This document shows, one piece after another, positions 1 to 11,198 of a stretch of 64,000 nucleotides of DNA. Origin of the DNA: Eledone cirrhosa (lineage: Eukaryota); the NCBI GenBank assembly GCA_964016885.1, contig OZ024743.1:31930001-31994000 (forward strand), in the 5' to 3' direction. Position 1 is the first letter of the stretch. Each line of letters starts with the position of its first letter. The notes below the pieces were generated by a model, which worked only from the letters and a program-made list of their open reading frames with translations, was not told the DNA's origin and searched no databases. A program made the position numbers and the translations under genes.

Positions 1-1062
1 TACTTGTCTGTATGTTGAACCATTGAATGTGAAGTAGTTATTTTGTAGGATAAAGCGGAGTCCGTCAGTGATAAAATCTGTGTTGATGCGTGTCGGTATT
101 TCTGATGGGTGTGTGTTAAGCCAGTATTGGACTGCTGTTATTCCATAGTTGTGGGGTATGTTTGTGTAGAGGTTTATTACGTCAAAGGAGACAAGAATTG
201 TATTTGCACTTACTGTTTTAGGGAGGTGTTTCAGCATGTCAAGGTCATCTCGTATGTAGCTCTGTATATGTTGTAGAAAGGGTTTCAGTAGGATGTCCAG
301 AAAGTTGTTAAGTCTGTGGGTTTCACATGTAGGGCCTGCTATAATTGGCCTGAGTTTTAGGTCTTCTGGTGGTGTTAGTTCAATGTAATTGTTGGTTGAG
401 GTGTCACATGCATCGTTTATGGGTTTACATTTGTGGAGTTTCGGTAAGCCGTAAAAAGAGCTTGTATTGCATTTGAAGTGGCTTATATAGTTAAACTCTT
501 TTGTGGTTAAGCTGTTGCGGTATTTATTCAGTAAGGTCAAAAGGTTCCCCATTGTTTTGGTGTGTTTGTAGTTTTCTGTTTTTTCATAGTATGTGTTGTT
601 TTCTAAAATGTTAAGTGCGAGGGTCCTATAGTAGTCCGTATTCATAATGACAACAGTACTGCCTTTATCGGCTTCTTTGATAGTTATCTCAGGGTTGTTT
701 CTAAGTGTGAATAATTCTTCCCATTCGTGTGTAGATAGGTTTGATTTCGTGTGTTTATTTGTAATTTTTTCATAGGGAAAGTTGGTGATGTGTTCGCAGT
801 ACGTGTCCAGTGCTTTATTTCTTCCCTTTTGTGGGCAGAAATTGCTTTTATTTCTAACCAGTGATTCGTCTTCAGTGCTGGTGTCGTTGTGGAAGAATTC
901 CGTTAGTCGCAGCTTTCGGCAGTATTCCATGATGTCATCCTTCATTTCGGGGAAGTTTGGTTTACGTGGTGTAGGTGTAAATTTCAGGCCCTTACTTAAA
1001 ATGTTGATTTGTGTGTTGGTTAGAGGTGTCTTTGAGAGGTTGATTATTTTTGGTTTCTCCTG
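1..1062 (-). CDS. Penelope-like element reverse transcriptase, N-terminal half; runs off the window start
   Basis: Manual translation of the minus strand is stop-free from ~1062 to 1: KIINLSKTPL..ILSKGLKFTPTP, KSNLSTHEW, IKEADKGSTVVIM, FYGLPKLHK, LRPIIAG, LVSFDVINLYTNIPH, FILQNNYFTFNGSTYRQV. These are PLE RT motifs. Absent from the ORF track because it has no stop inside the window. Confidence 0.93.
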
Positions 1063-2314
1063 AGGGGGGGGGGGGGCATCGAGTATCCTGGTATTTCAGG
1101 CTTTTCCCTAAAAAAGGAATGTAGTTTTGTGTGTGATTATATTTTGTTGGTCTGTTGCGTGTGGGTCTGTAGCTTGTTGTTTCATGAGGGTGAATGTGAT
1201 GGTGGGGGTGGTATGTGTTGTGGTTGTTGATGAGCAAGGGTTCTGTTGTTGGTTCATGTGGTCTGGGTGCGTTATTTCTGTGGTACAGAGTGTTGAGGTT
1301 GGGGGGTTGTCTTTTGTTGGATTGAGGGTGATGTCTGGTGTGGTTGTGGGTAAGTTCTGTTGTGATTTCAAGTGGTCTGGGTGGATTTCTTCTGGGGAAT
1401 GTGGTGTGTGTGTTGTGAGTTGGATCTATGTTATTTCGTCGTTGGTTTATGTAGGGGGCATTTCTACGGAAACCTGTGTTGTGGTGGTTGGGTGTGTTTC
1501 TTTTGGTGTAGTTGGCCGTATTTGGTTTGTGTTGGTGGGGGATGTGCCTGTGGTTAGTGTGTGTTGGGTTTGGTGGTGTAAATGTGTCTGTTGTAGTTCT
1601 TGTTATGTTCAAATGCTTTATAAAGGGGTTACTTGTTTGGTGCGTCCTTTTAAAGTCTTCTTCATATTTGAGGAACCAGTTTTCGGATTTTTTCCACCGT
1701 TTAAGGGAAATAATTTCTGCATTCTCGCAGTCCTGTTTCCACGATTTGATTAAATTTTGTAGGGTTGTTCCCTCGGCCTTTTTAGTGCATTCTTCCTCCA
1801 TATTTTTATCAGTATCCTTATACGCTTGCTCGTTTGAGGTGGCCCTTAATTTTAGGAGTTCTATTTCCATGTTTATCCTGTTGAGTGACATTTGTTCACG
1901 GAGTTTTCTTTCTGGTTCAGGTTCGTTTGTAATATGCTTTATTTGGAATTTACGTGGTAAAACTATCGGTGTTGAGTTAATCCATTTTTGGTAAATTCCT
2001 GCTTTGTTGAGGTTTTTTATCATATTCCAGAAAGTGAATTTTCTGGTTTTTAGATGTTTTTTCCAGAGGTGTCCCATTTGGTTTTTGATATGGAGCAATG
2101 TCGTTTGTTCTGTGTTGGTATTCATAAGTTTTTCGATGGAGTTGCATACGTTTTGAACGTTTAAATAAATTTGGTTGTCAGTCGGTGTGGTGGTTTGGGG
2201 TATATCCTGTTTTTTTGTCAGAATGGTGAGTTTTCCATTTATCTCTTTTAGGATTTTCAGGATTTCCTCATTTATATTGGAGTTTGAAGTTGTGTTGTCT
2301 TGTTCCAGTGCCAT
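992..2314 (-). CDS. PLE upstream ORF1 (440 aa): helical/coiled-coil-like N-terminal part plus His/Asn/Thr-rich basic tail; overlaps the RT frame
   Basis: Intact 440-aa ORF between the pseudo-LTR and the RT frame; L/K/E-rich stretches such as REQMSLNRINMEIELLKLRATSNEQ. Confidence 0.75.
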   Translation of the reverse strand: MALEQDNTTSNSNINEEILKILKEINGKLTILTKKQDIPQTTTPTDNQIYLNVQNVCNSIEKLMNTNTEQTTLLHIKNQMGHLWKKHLKTRKFTFWNMIKNLNKAGIYQKWINSTPIVLPRKFQIKHITNEPEPERKLREQMSLNRINMEIELLKLRATSNEQAYKDTDKNMEEECTKKAEGTTLQNLIKSWKQDCENAEIISLKRWKKSENWFLKYEEDFKRTHQTSNPFIKHLNITRTTTDTFTPPNPTHTNHRHIPHQHKPNTANYTKRNTPNHHNTGFRRNAPYINQRRNNIDPTHNTHTTFPRRNPPRPLEITTELTHNHTRHHPQSNKRQPPNLNTLYHRNNAPRPHEPTTEPLLINNHNTYHPHHHIHPHETTSYRPTRNRPTKYNHTQNYIPFLGKSLKYQDTRCPPPPSGETKNNQPLKDTSNQHTNQHFK

Positions 2315-2336
2315 TTTCCGGATTTGCGTAGGTTAG

Positions 2337-2901
2337 TATATATGAAAAGTGTAATTTTCTACACAAAACGAAGGTTATAGGGAAAATTGATGTTGGTAAT
2401 GGCACATGGAATATATAAGAGACAGAATACTTTTTTGTGAAAAAACATATAATTTTATAAGGTAAGGAAATAAAAAAGGGTATAAAAAATGACCGGTTTC
2501 GATGGGTCTGCAAAAGCCATCTTTTCAAATGTTGATTAATATTAAGAAAAATTAATAATACGAAGAGTTAAAATTTGAGATTTGAAAATTCAAGTATAAA
2601 ATTCATTGTGGGATTTCATAGTAGTTTTCATTTAGGTAGCAACAACGAGTTGACTGCTGTGTCCCTTTCTGGTAGTGAATGAGAAGTTATTTGGGGTGTG
2701 GGTTATTTTATAAAGGTCAGATTTAGCAATGGCCAACTGGCCAGCTGCTGGTCAGTGAGGGGTTGGAAGCAATATACATACATATATCTTCCTGTGGTGG
2801 GTAGGAGAGTGGAGCGTGATAGAAAGGGATTTAGTGCACTTACACCTATATATACACACATACCTTCATCCACACATACATACATATACATATACATCCA
2901 C

Positions 2902-2952
<51 letters not shown>

Positions 2953-2979
2953 CACACATACATACACACATACATACAT

Positions 2980-3024
<45 letters not shown>

Positions 3025-3062
3025 CATATACACACACATATATATATATGCACACACACACA
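2337..3062 (-). repeat. PLE pseudo-LTR, left arm (sense to the PLE ORFs)
   Basis: Reverse complement of 3563-4270 with only scattered substitutions; abuts the ORF1 start. Confidence 0.85.
2486..2535 (-). ncRNA. Minimal type I hammerhead ribozyme motif (U3-A8 core variant), sense copy
   Basis: Minus strand: UUGAAAA-GAUGG(loop)CCAUC-GAAA-CCGG-UC; palindromic helix III; helix I weak. Confidence 0.65.
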
Positions 3063-3330
3063 TGAAGGGGCCCAATCTACATGAAGAACTCAATGTGATC
3101 AGAATGACTTGTATTTTAATTTCACTGTCCCAACTTCTTATATTATGGAAAAAATATATGTGTATGTATGTATATATATATATATTTGGAGGCCATTTCT
3201 CTGTGTGTGGGTGTATGTATGTGTATATGTGTGTGCGTGTGTGTATGTGTATGTGTGTGCATGTGGATGTATGTATTGTGTGTGCGTGTGTGTGTGTTTG
3301 TGTATGTATGTGTGTATCTGGATGTATGCG

Positions 3331-3371
<41 letters not shown>

Positions 3372-3455
3372 TTGTATATATATGTGTGTGTATGTGTATA
3401 TATATGTGTGTGTGTGTATGTATATATATGTGTGTGTGTATGTATGTGTGGGTGG

Positions 3456-3501
<46 letters not shown>

Positions 3502-3562
3502 ATATATATATGTGTGTGTGTGTGTATGTATGTGTGTATCTGGATGTATGTGTATGTATATA

Positions 3563-3659
3563 TATGTGTGTGTGTGCATATATATATATGTGTGTGTATG
3601 TGTATATATGTGTATGTGTGTGTGTGTGTGTATGTATGTATATGTATGTGTGTGTGTAT

Positions 3660-3707
<48 letters not shown>

Positions 3708-4260
3708 GTGGATGTATATGTATATGTATGTATGTGTGGATGAAGGTATGTGTGTATATATAGGTGTAAGTGCACTAAATCCCTTTCTATCACGCTCCAC
3801 TCTCCTACCCACTACAGGAAGATATATGTATGCATATTGCTTCCACCCCTCACTGACTAGCAGCTGGCCAGTTGGCCATTGCTAAATCTGACCTTTATAA
3901 AATAACCCGCACCCCAAATAACTTCTCATTCACTACCAGAAAGGGACACAGCAGTCAACTCGTTGTTGCTACCTAGATGAAAACTACTATGAAATCCCAC
4001 AATGAATTTTATACTTGAATTTTCAAATCTCAAATTTTAACTCTTCGTATTATTAATTTTTCTTAATATTAATCAACATTTGAAAAGATGGCTTTTGCAG
4101 ACCCATCGAAACCGGTCATTTTTTATACCCTTTATTATTTCCTTACCTTATAAAATTATATGTTTTTTCACAAAAAAGTATTCTGTCTCTTATATATTCC
4201 ATGTGCCATTACCAACCTCAATTTTCTCTATAACCTTCGTTTTGTGTAGAAAATTACACT

Positions 4261-4270
<10 letters not shown>
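3563..4270 (+). repeat. PLE pseudo-LTR, inverted arm, ending in (TA)n
   Basis: Inverted copy of 2337-3062, including the CA/TA microsatellite mosaic. Confidence 0.85.
4073..4122 (+). ncRNA. Minimal type I hammerhead ribozyme motif (U3-A8 core variant), inverted copy
   Basis: TTGAAAA 4080-4086; helix II GATGG 4087-4091 / CCATC 4103-4107; GAAA 4108-4111; CCGG; predicted cleavage after C4117. Confidence 0.65.
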
Positions 4271-4312
<42 letters not shown>

Positions 4313-6444
4313 TATACAAGTATGTGTGACTGTGTGTAGGTTACACGGTTCTAAACTGTTGTTGTTTATATTGTGACCGTTACGTAGCGGTTCAATGAAT
4401 TTAGATCGATGAAATATGTCGCAAAGCATTACATTAAATATTAAATGTAAGGTCGTCGAAGATGACAGCTGTTTGAAAATATGTCGCTTAGCTATGCAGC
4501 GGTAAAGAGGTAGAGATAGCGTATATAATTTTAAACAAAAGTTTCTTAGAAAATCAATTTTTCCTGGTGTGCAGTTCAGTGAAAAATATGTAAGTATACA
4601 TTACATGAAACGTGATAACGACAAGGATAGCATTAAACTTGTATAATATAAACTACAATTGGACTTTCAACAAGCTAAATCCTCGATTCCTTTTGCTTTC
4701 AGGTTTCAGTGGTATAGCCATAATTTTGTGGAGAACGCTCCTGGAAATTAGTTAATTGCAGGCTCCGTCTAGCATGTACATTCTTGAAATCGTGATATTA
4801 GAAAATGGAAATTTTACAAATATAGCATAGCTTCTTCGTAGAGAACAAGAAAATATTAGTCAATTTTCTTAAGGTATAACTATTTTCATTTGACCTATCA
4901 ATGTACGCTGCACTATGTACATTAACACTAACTTAAATTATATTTAATTCAGCTGTTCCTTGTTTGAGGTTAGTTGATGTGTATATTCACTACAGAATCT
5001 TATCTAAATAAAATATTTTCTTTAATATTTCCTAAATACACGTTCTAATCCAAATTTATTTTCTATGTTTAATATAGATATCCTGAATCTATAGTGGTAA
5101 CATGTTAAAAGTTGTAATGCATTTTCAAATCATAATATTTTGTTTTAAAGATGGCTGTATTTTTTACCTAAATTTCTATTTCTTCAAAGAAATTCACCGT
5201 AATTCAGTTTTTATTGTCGTAAATTTTACATTTACATGTGAAGTTATGGATTAAAAATCTGACATGTTTTCATTTTCTTTTCACATCAGGTATCAGTGAG
5301 TCGTAATGAACGAAAGTTAAAAAATAATCGAAAGAATATTGCAGATAAGTGCAATATCCGCTTCAGCATCACCGTCATTGTCTGTTTCCACCATTTTAAT
5401 ATGAAGACGCAACGTCTTGGATTGGCGTGTAAATATAGTATAAAGTAATAACATAAAGAATGTAAGTATATATTTTCCTCTTTCGTTATACGTGTAATAT
5501 ATGTGCATATATGCATATATTAGTGGTTCTTGATGTTTGTAAAATGTTCGTTATTTAACTATTTACATTTATATATATATGTATATATATATATATAAAC
5601 ATTTTCGGACATCTATATATGTAAATATAAATACTGACAGTTAATGCCGTTCGAAAATGATTATGTCTTCATGAACACCACCGACAGCTACACAGATCCA
5701 CTTGAACGTACAGTTACATACATTTGTATAAATATGCATTTATACAAGCTTGTTTATAATTCAAACACATCCATTTCCAATACAAACATATATGGAGTAT
5801 ATTTGTATAATTAATTACAAAAAAACAAACGTAAATTTATTGAATGACAAAAAATTTATTGAATTACAAAGAAACAAACGTAAATTTATTGAATGACAAA
5901 TAATTATTTGAAATAACATGAAATATGCAAATAGTTCTCATTATAGAGTTATGTATGTATGTACATATTTTTTTATGTATTTCTATATTTCGGTTTGTTT
6001 AAAACTTAACCATGTGAATACTAAGACACGCTATTAAAGTATGTATGCGTGAGTTCATATTTGTCAGTATATATGCTTCTTCACTGATTGCTTTTTCTTG
6101 GCTTTGATTTGAAACATCTATCGGATAGTATCTATACATTTACCAATCAATTACAATCTGTCAACATTTTTATTTTTTATACGTATACTATACATGAGCT
6201 TTTCATTGGTTGGTAGATTTGCCTGCATATGTGTGCATGTTCATATACGTATATATCAATATATATAACTATTTATCAAAGTATATTACGGTATATTTGA
6301 GTGTGACTCTTTGCTTAAGTGATAAGGGGGTTCAATGGACACATGTATATTATATCAAATAATATCATAACTGGTGAAATATAATGATATATCATTTAAG
6401 AGACACAGAAAAAAACAGTTACGACATATACAATAATAATTCTT

Positions 6445-6583
6445 AGTCCAGAATTATCCGTCGAAACGACCTGAGCTCAGCCGTCGGGGTCCTACTCGTT
6501 CCTAATACCCACTCTACTACCCTAAGTATTGAGTACTTTGGTGCGTTATGGTCCACCTGGTTCCTTACCACATTTCCTTCGTT
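6445..6583. repeat. Short dispersed two-module repeat (A 6445-6502, B 6503-6583) ending at TA repeats
   Basis: Both modules recur at 32817-32956; part of A recurs at 40046-40076. Confidence 0.8.
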
Positions 6584-8134
6584 ATATATATGCATAAAAT
6601 TTGACCTACCATAAACATTAGTTTCCCTTATGAACAGTTTTAGAAGGTTGATAAGGCATTAGCAAGTTGAAACGTAGGACAGACGTACGGTCAGTTTCTA
6701 TCTAATTTTACTTACATATGATTGATTATTTGAAAATTAGACCTGTTCAAGCTACTGTACACTTAGATCGTACCTGGAAACGCATGATTCTGAATAACAT
6801 TATTAACCACGTGACTTGCATGTGCATATAGCTATAAAGTGTTGCTCTTTCAACAGCGCAGATTATAATCTTAGTGAATGGTTATCCTGAATATTTAAAA
6901 TACAGCATCATATTTCATCTTTCCAGAAACATAGAAGAGAAATACTATATTGATAACATTTCAAGACGGATGAAACTGTATTCTGTTATTTATTTCAGTT
7001 GTCTCAAATATCTCAAGCCTCCTTAACGATAATAATATCTTATTGATTTATTTTAAATTATTGATTTCTCACTTGAAAATAATATAGTTTCAAACGAACA
7101 ATCCTGAAAAAATCATATAAATATTGTTGCATTCGAGTTTTCTCATACAAAGATGACGCTTTCGAACATCACATAATCAAATCCCAGAAGAAATCGGAGA
7201 AAAATTAAAATTTTATAACTATAAGGAGATTTTGTATGAAGAATACTATTAAGATATGTGTGAATGCTGGTGATAAAATAGGCAAGAAAAGTAAAATAAC
7301 CCCATGTTAGATACAAAGGAATAAAATGCTATTTTTCGCTGTTTGTTCCTACTAGTCTAGATTTTCCCTGGATAATCCTTTCAATTGAATACATTCAAGT
7401 GCCGGGAAAAATTAGATAAATACCTCACAAAATATATAAGAGTGATATACTGATATACAGTCTCTTATATGTTTTCGGTTTGATAAGAATATACTTAGCG
7501 ATAAAATAGTAATATACGATTCTACTAAATCTCAGTATTTGGTTATTTAGAAATTAATAATTGTTGTTGTTCTTCTTCTTCTTAATAATAATTTGCGGGG
7601 AGCAGACGGTTAGATATATTGACTCAAGCATTTCACTGGTACTATATTTTATCGATCCTAAAGAATAAAAAATTATATCAACTTTTTTGTTCATGCTTCT
7701 GGGGTCGTTACAATATACCAGTCTCATTTTAAGATATTCTTAGGAACAAAGGCTTTCGCAGGTTTTTTGTTTATATATTTATACATTATTGTTTATTTAA
7801 CTGGATGCTATGTACTTGTTTGACGGGCCGAGTCATTACCTCGAAGTAAGTTATATCATTTTATACTTCTTTAACGATTGTCTCTTACCTCCGAATGATT
7901 GTTTTCAACGAATATGTCTCAGAATCAACGGTAATCATTATTCTAATTCTAAACTGTTGGTGTTTCTGTTGCTGATGTTGCGACTGTGTCGTTTTCTAAC
8001 TGCAATGTATCTAGCGATGTCACGCTGATACATTTGGTTGCTATGTTGGAAAAATCATCGGAAAATGTTGCTGCTTGTATTTTTCAATTCTCAGATTGAC
8101 ACTATGTAACCATTTCTTCATAATTATGATTAAT

Positions 8135-8320
8135 GGATTGGCAGTACCGGTAGAGGGTCGGACGCCATGCTTTGACGCATAGAGTTACGGCCCTTGCCAT
8201 TCTGAGTTCAAATCTCGCCGAGGTTAACTTTGCCTTTCATCCTTACGGGTTCGATAAAATAAAGTACCAGTAATCACTGGTTAATTGGTGGCCTTGTGCC
8301 AAAAGTAGAAACAATTATGA
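8135..8320 (+). mobile_element. tRNA-derived SINE (octopus-type family)
   Basis: B-box-like TGAGTTCAAATCTC; body TTTGCCTTTCATCC..CGATAAAATAAAGTACCAGT; tail GGCCTTGTGCC..TAGAAAC. Homologous to 8550-8766 and 54955-55185. Confidence 0.8.
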
Positions 8321-8549
8321 TTAATTGATAAGAAGCCATCTTTCTTTTAAAAAGTAAATAGGACTTTCATAGAAAATTGTAAAGTGGTCGACCGCCTATG
8401 GTGGTCATCATCACAGCAGGGGGGGGGGGGGGGGTAATAACAACAACCATTCGGGAAAATGATGTTTTTTTTATCAAAGTTTATGGAGCTGAGTAGCAGC
8501 ATAAATTCCTTAATGTTGATAACAACAATAACAGCAATAGCAATAATAA

Positions 8550-8766
8550 AGGTTTCTAATTTAGGCACAAAGCCAGCAATTTGAGAGCGAAGGTAAAATC
8601 GATTATATTGACCGCAGTGCATTAAAGGTGCTTTATTTATCGACCTCGTTAGGATGAAGAGCAAAGCTAACCTCGATGGTATTTGAACTCTGACTGTAAA
8701 GGGCTGTAACGCTATGATAGAAAGCAGATTGAACGACGCTCTACTGATTCTGCCAATCCACCGCCC
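8550..8766 (-). mobile_element. tRNA-derived SINE, same family, abutting (AAT)n
   Basis: Reverse complement begins GGGCGGTGGATTGGCAGAATCAGTAGAGCG, contains GAGTTCAAAT and ends TTGTGCCTAAATTAGAAACC. Confidence 0.8.
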
Positions 8767-8826
<60 letters not shown>

Positions 8827-8827
<1 letters not shown>

Positions 8828-11160
8828 CATAATGACCAGGCAGTGTGGATTGAGACAGTACAAAAGGAGATTAGTGAACAGGCACACCAACAAACTGATT
8901 TGAGTATCACAGTTGAAACTCATAAGGGGCAAACCAAAAACTAACCAACTAGAAATCACCAGGCCCAGATGGTGTGCAGGGTATTGGATTAAAAATATAA
9001 CATCCCTCCACCCCAAACTGACAACCATGTTCAATGACTGCTTGATGTCAGGTGAGGTACCAGAGTGGTTGGCAAAAGGTACCACAGTTCTGGTAATGAA
9101 AGACCGAATCGAGGGTAATGATGTTACCAACTATAGACATATCACATGTCTGTCCGTAATGTGGAAACTGTTGACAAGCATTATGTCTGAGGAAATCTAC
9201 CATCACCTCCAAACAAACGACTTGTTACCGGACGAACAGAAAGGATGCCGAAAGAAGTCTCGTGGTACAAAGGACCAGTTACTTATTGATAAGATGGTAA
9301 TGAGGAATTGTAAGAGGAGACACTGGTCTTGCCATGGGATGGATAGACTACAAAAAGGCATTTGACATGGTGTCTCATTCTTGGATCACCAAAAGCCTAG
9401 AGATCTTCAAGGTGGCAGATAACATCAGACAGTTGTTGGGCAAAAGTATGAAGTCCTGGAAAACAGAATTAACATCAGCTGGAGAATCCTTGGGAGGCGT
9501 GAATATCAAGAGAGGTATGTTCCAGGGAGATAGTCTGTCCCTTCTGTTGTTCGTCCTTGCCCTGATGCCCCTGACCATTATACTGCGAAAAGTGAGAGCA
9601 GGATATAAGTTGGGAAAGGGAGAGCTTACCATCAATCACCTCCTCTTCATGGACGATCTTAAGCTCTTCGGGAAGAGTGAGAAGGAGTTGGATGTGCTTG
9701 TTGACACTGTCCGTATTTTCAGCAATGATATATGTATGCAATTTGGTATTAATACGTGTGGAGTCCTAGTGATGAAGAGGGGTAAATTGAGCAGAAGCAA
9801 CGGAATCCAGGTACCAACAGGTGAGATGATAAAGGAAATTGACACTGAAGAAGGATACAAGTATTTGGGTGTTCTGGAGGGTGATGACATCAAGAACAAA
9901 TAAATGAAGGAATTGATAAGATCTGAATACATTCGGAGAGTAAGGAGCGTATTAAAGTCACATCTGAACAGTAGGAATGCCATAAGTGCAGTAAATTCCC
10001 GAGCTGTGTCTATTATTAGGTACAGTGCGGGAATTCTGAGATGGAATGTTGCTGAATAAAAAGAAATGGATAGGAAGACTAGGAAGCTATTGACTGTCTA
10101 CAACATGTTCCACAATAGGAGTGATGTCGATAGACTCTACTTAAGGAGATCTGAAGGTGGAAGAGGTCTTATCAGAATAGAGGACTGTGTTCAGATGGAG
10201 AAAAACAACCTACACAAATACGTGACTGATAGTAAGGAGCCAATGCTCAGAATTGTACTGAAGGAGGGGACAATAGTCCAGGGGATGTCCAAGGAGGAAA
10301 TAACAACAAGGAAAAAGAGCAACCTTCATGAAAAATCCCTACATAGTACCTTCTTTGAGAAAACTGAATTCAGAGATCCACAGACATGGAACTGGTTGAA
10401 AAGAGGAGACCTTAATAAGGTTACAGAAGGAATGCTAAGGGCTGCGCAAGAGCAGGCCCTCAAAACGAAGTGGTTGAAACACCATATTTACAAGGAGGAG
10501 GCTAGCCCACTGTACAGGATCTGTGGAGAGAGAGAGGAGACTGTGGCTCACATTGTATCCGAGTGTAAACACCTAGCCTAGACTCACTATAAGGGCTGGA
10601 GACATGATCTGATGCGAAGGGTGATCCACTGGCACCTATGCAGAGTAAACAATTTACCACATTCTGAGAAGTAGTATGAGCATAAGCCAGAGTCGGTGAT
10701 AGAAATCGATCAGGAGAAGGTGCTGTTGGATTTTAGGATACAGACGAACAAGAAACTGGAACACAATAGACCTAACCTGGTGGTTTTGGACAAGGAAAAA
10801 AGATCGTGCCTGATTGTGGATGTGGCCTGCCCATTCGACACGAGAGTGCAAGAGAAGGAGAGGGAAAAAATTAACCGATACCAGGACTTAAAATGGGAGG
10901 TAAAAAGGATTTGGAACTGCCATGAAGTCAAAGTGGTTCCGATTGTCATAGGCGCACTAGGTACTATCTCAAAAAGTTTCCAGGGATGGTTAAAGAAAAT
11001 TGGCGCCTTCACGCTTTTTGGAACGCTTCAAAAGGCATGCTTGCTGGGAACAGCAATAACCCTCCGATACGTCCTGAATATCTGAGGCTGCAGGTAGTGG
11101 CTTGATATTCATTTCAACAAACTTTCCAGTTAACTAACATCAATGACTGAGACTCAAAGA
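8827..11160 (+). mobile_element. 5'-truncated, decayed R4/Dong-type RLE LINE (family A) between two (AAT)n tracts
   Basis: Fragmented ORF with WIDYKKAFD, FQGDSLS, HLLFMDDLKLF, YKYLG, decayed CCHC (RICGEREETVAHIVSEC) and RLE (NRPNLVV..IVDVACPFD..KINRYQDL..VVPIVIGALG). (AAT)n at 8767-8826 and 11161-11198. Confidence 0.92.
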
Positions 11161-11162
11161 AC

Positions 11163-11198
<36 letters not shown>

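Noticed and set aside
1127-1994. Plus-strand ORFs opposite PLE ORF1 (also 39176-39802 opposite Tx1 ORF1)
   Set aside because: Antisense shadows of compositionally biased coding strands.
2698-3885. Long YI/HT/CV-rich ORFs (also at 18661-19030, 22883-23599, 47068-47522, 48287-52419)
   Set aside because: Translations of dinucleotide repeats that lack stop codons; some span the N gap.
4690-4790. Possible host exons after TTTCAG/ATGCAG acceptors (also 23910-24296)
   Set aside because: No recognisable peptide and no consistent exon chain; small exons cannot be excluded without RNA data.
5820-5900. Short AT-rich tandem repeat (CAAACGTAAATTTATTGAATGACAAA)
   Set aside because: Two to three degenerate units without unique spacers; a local duplication, not CRISPR.
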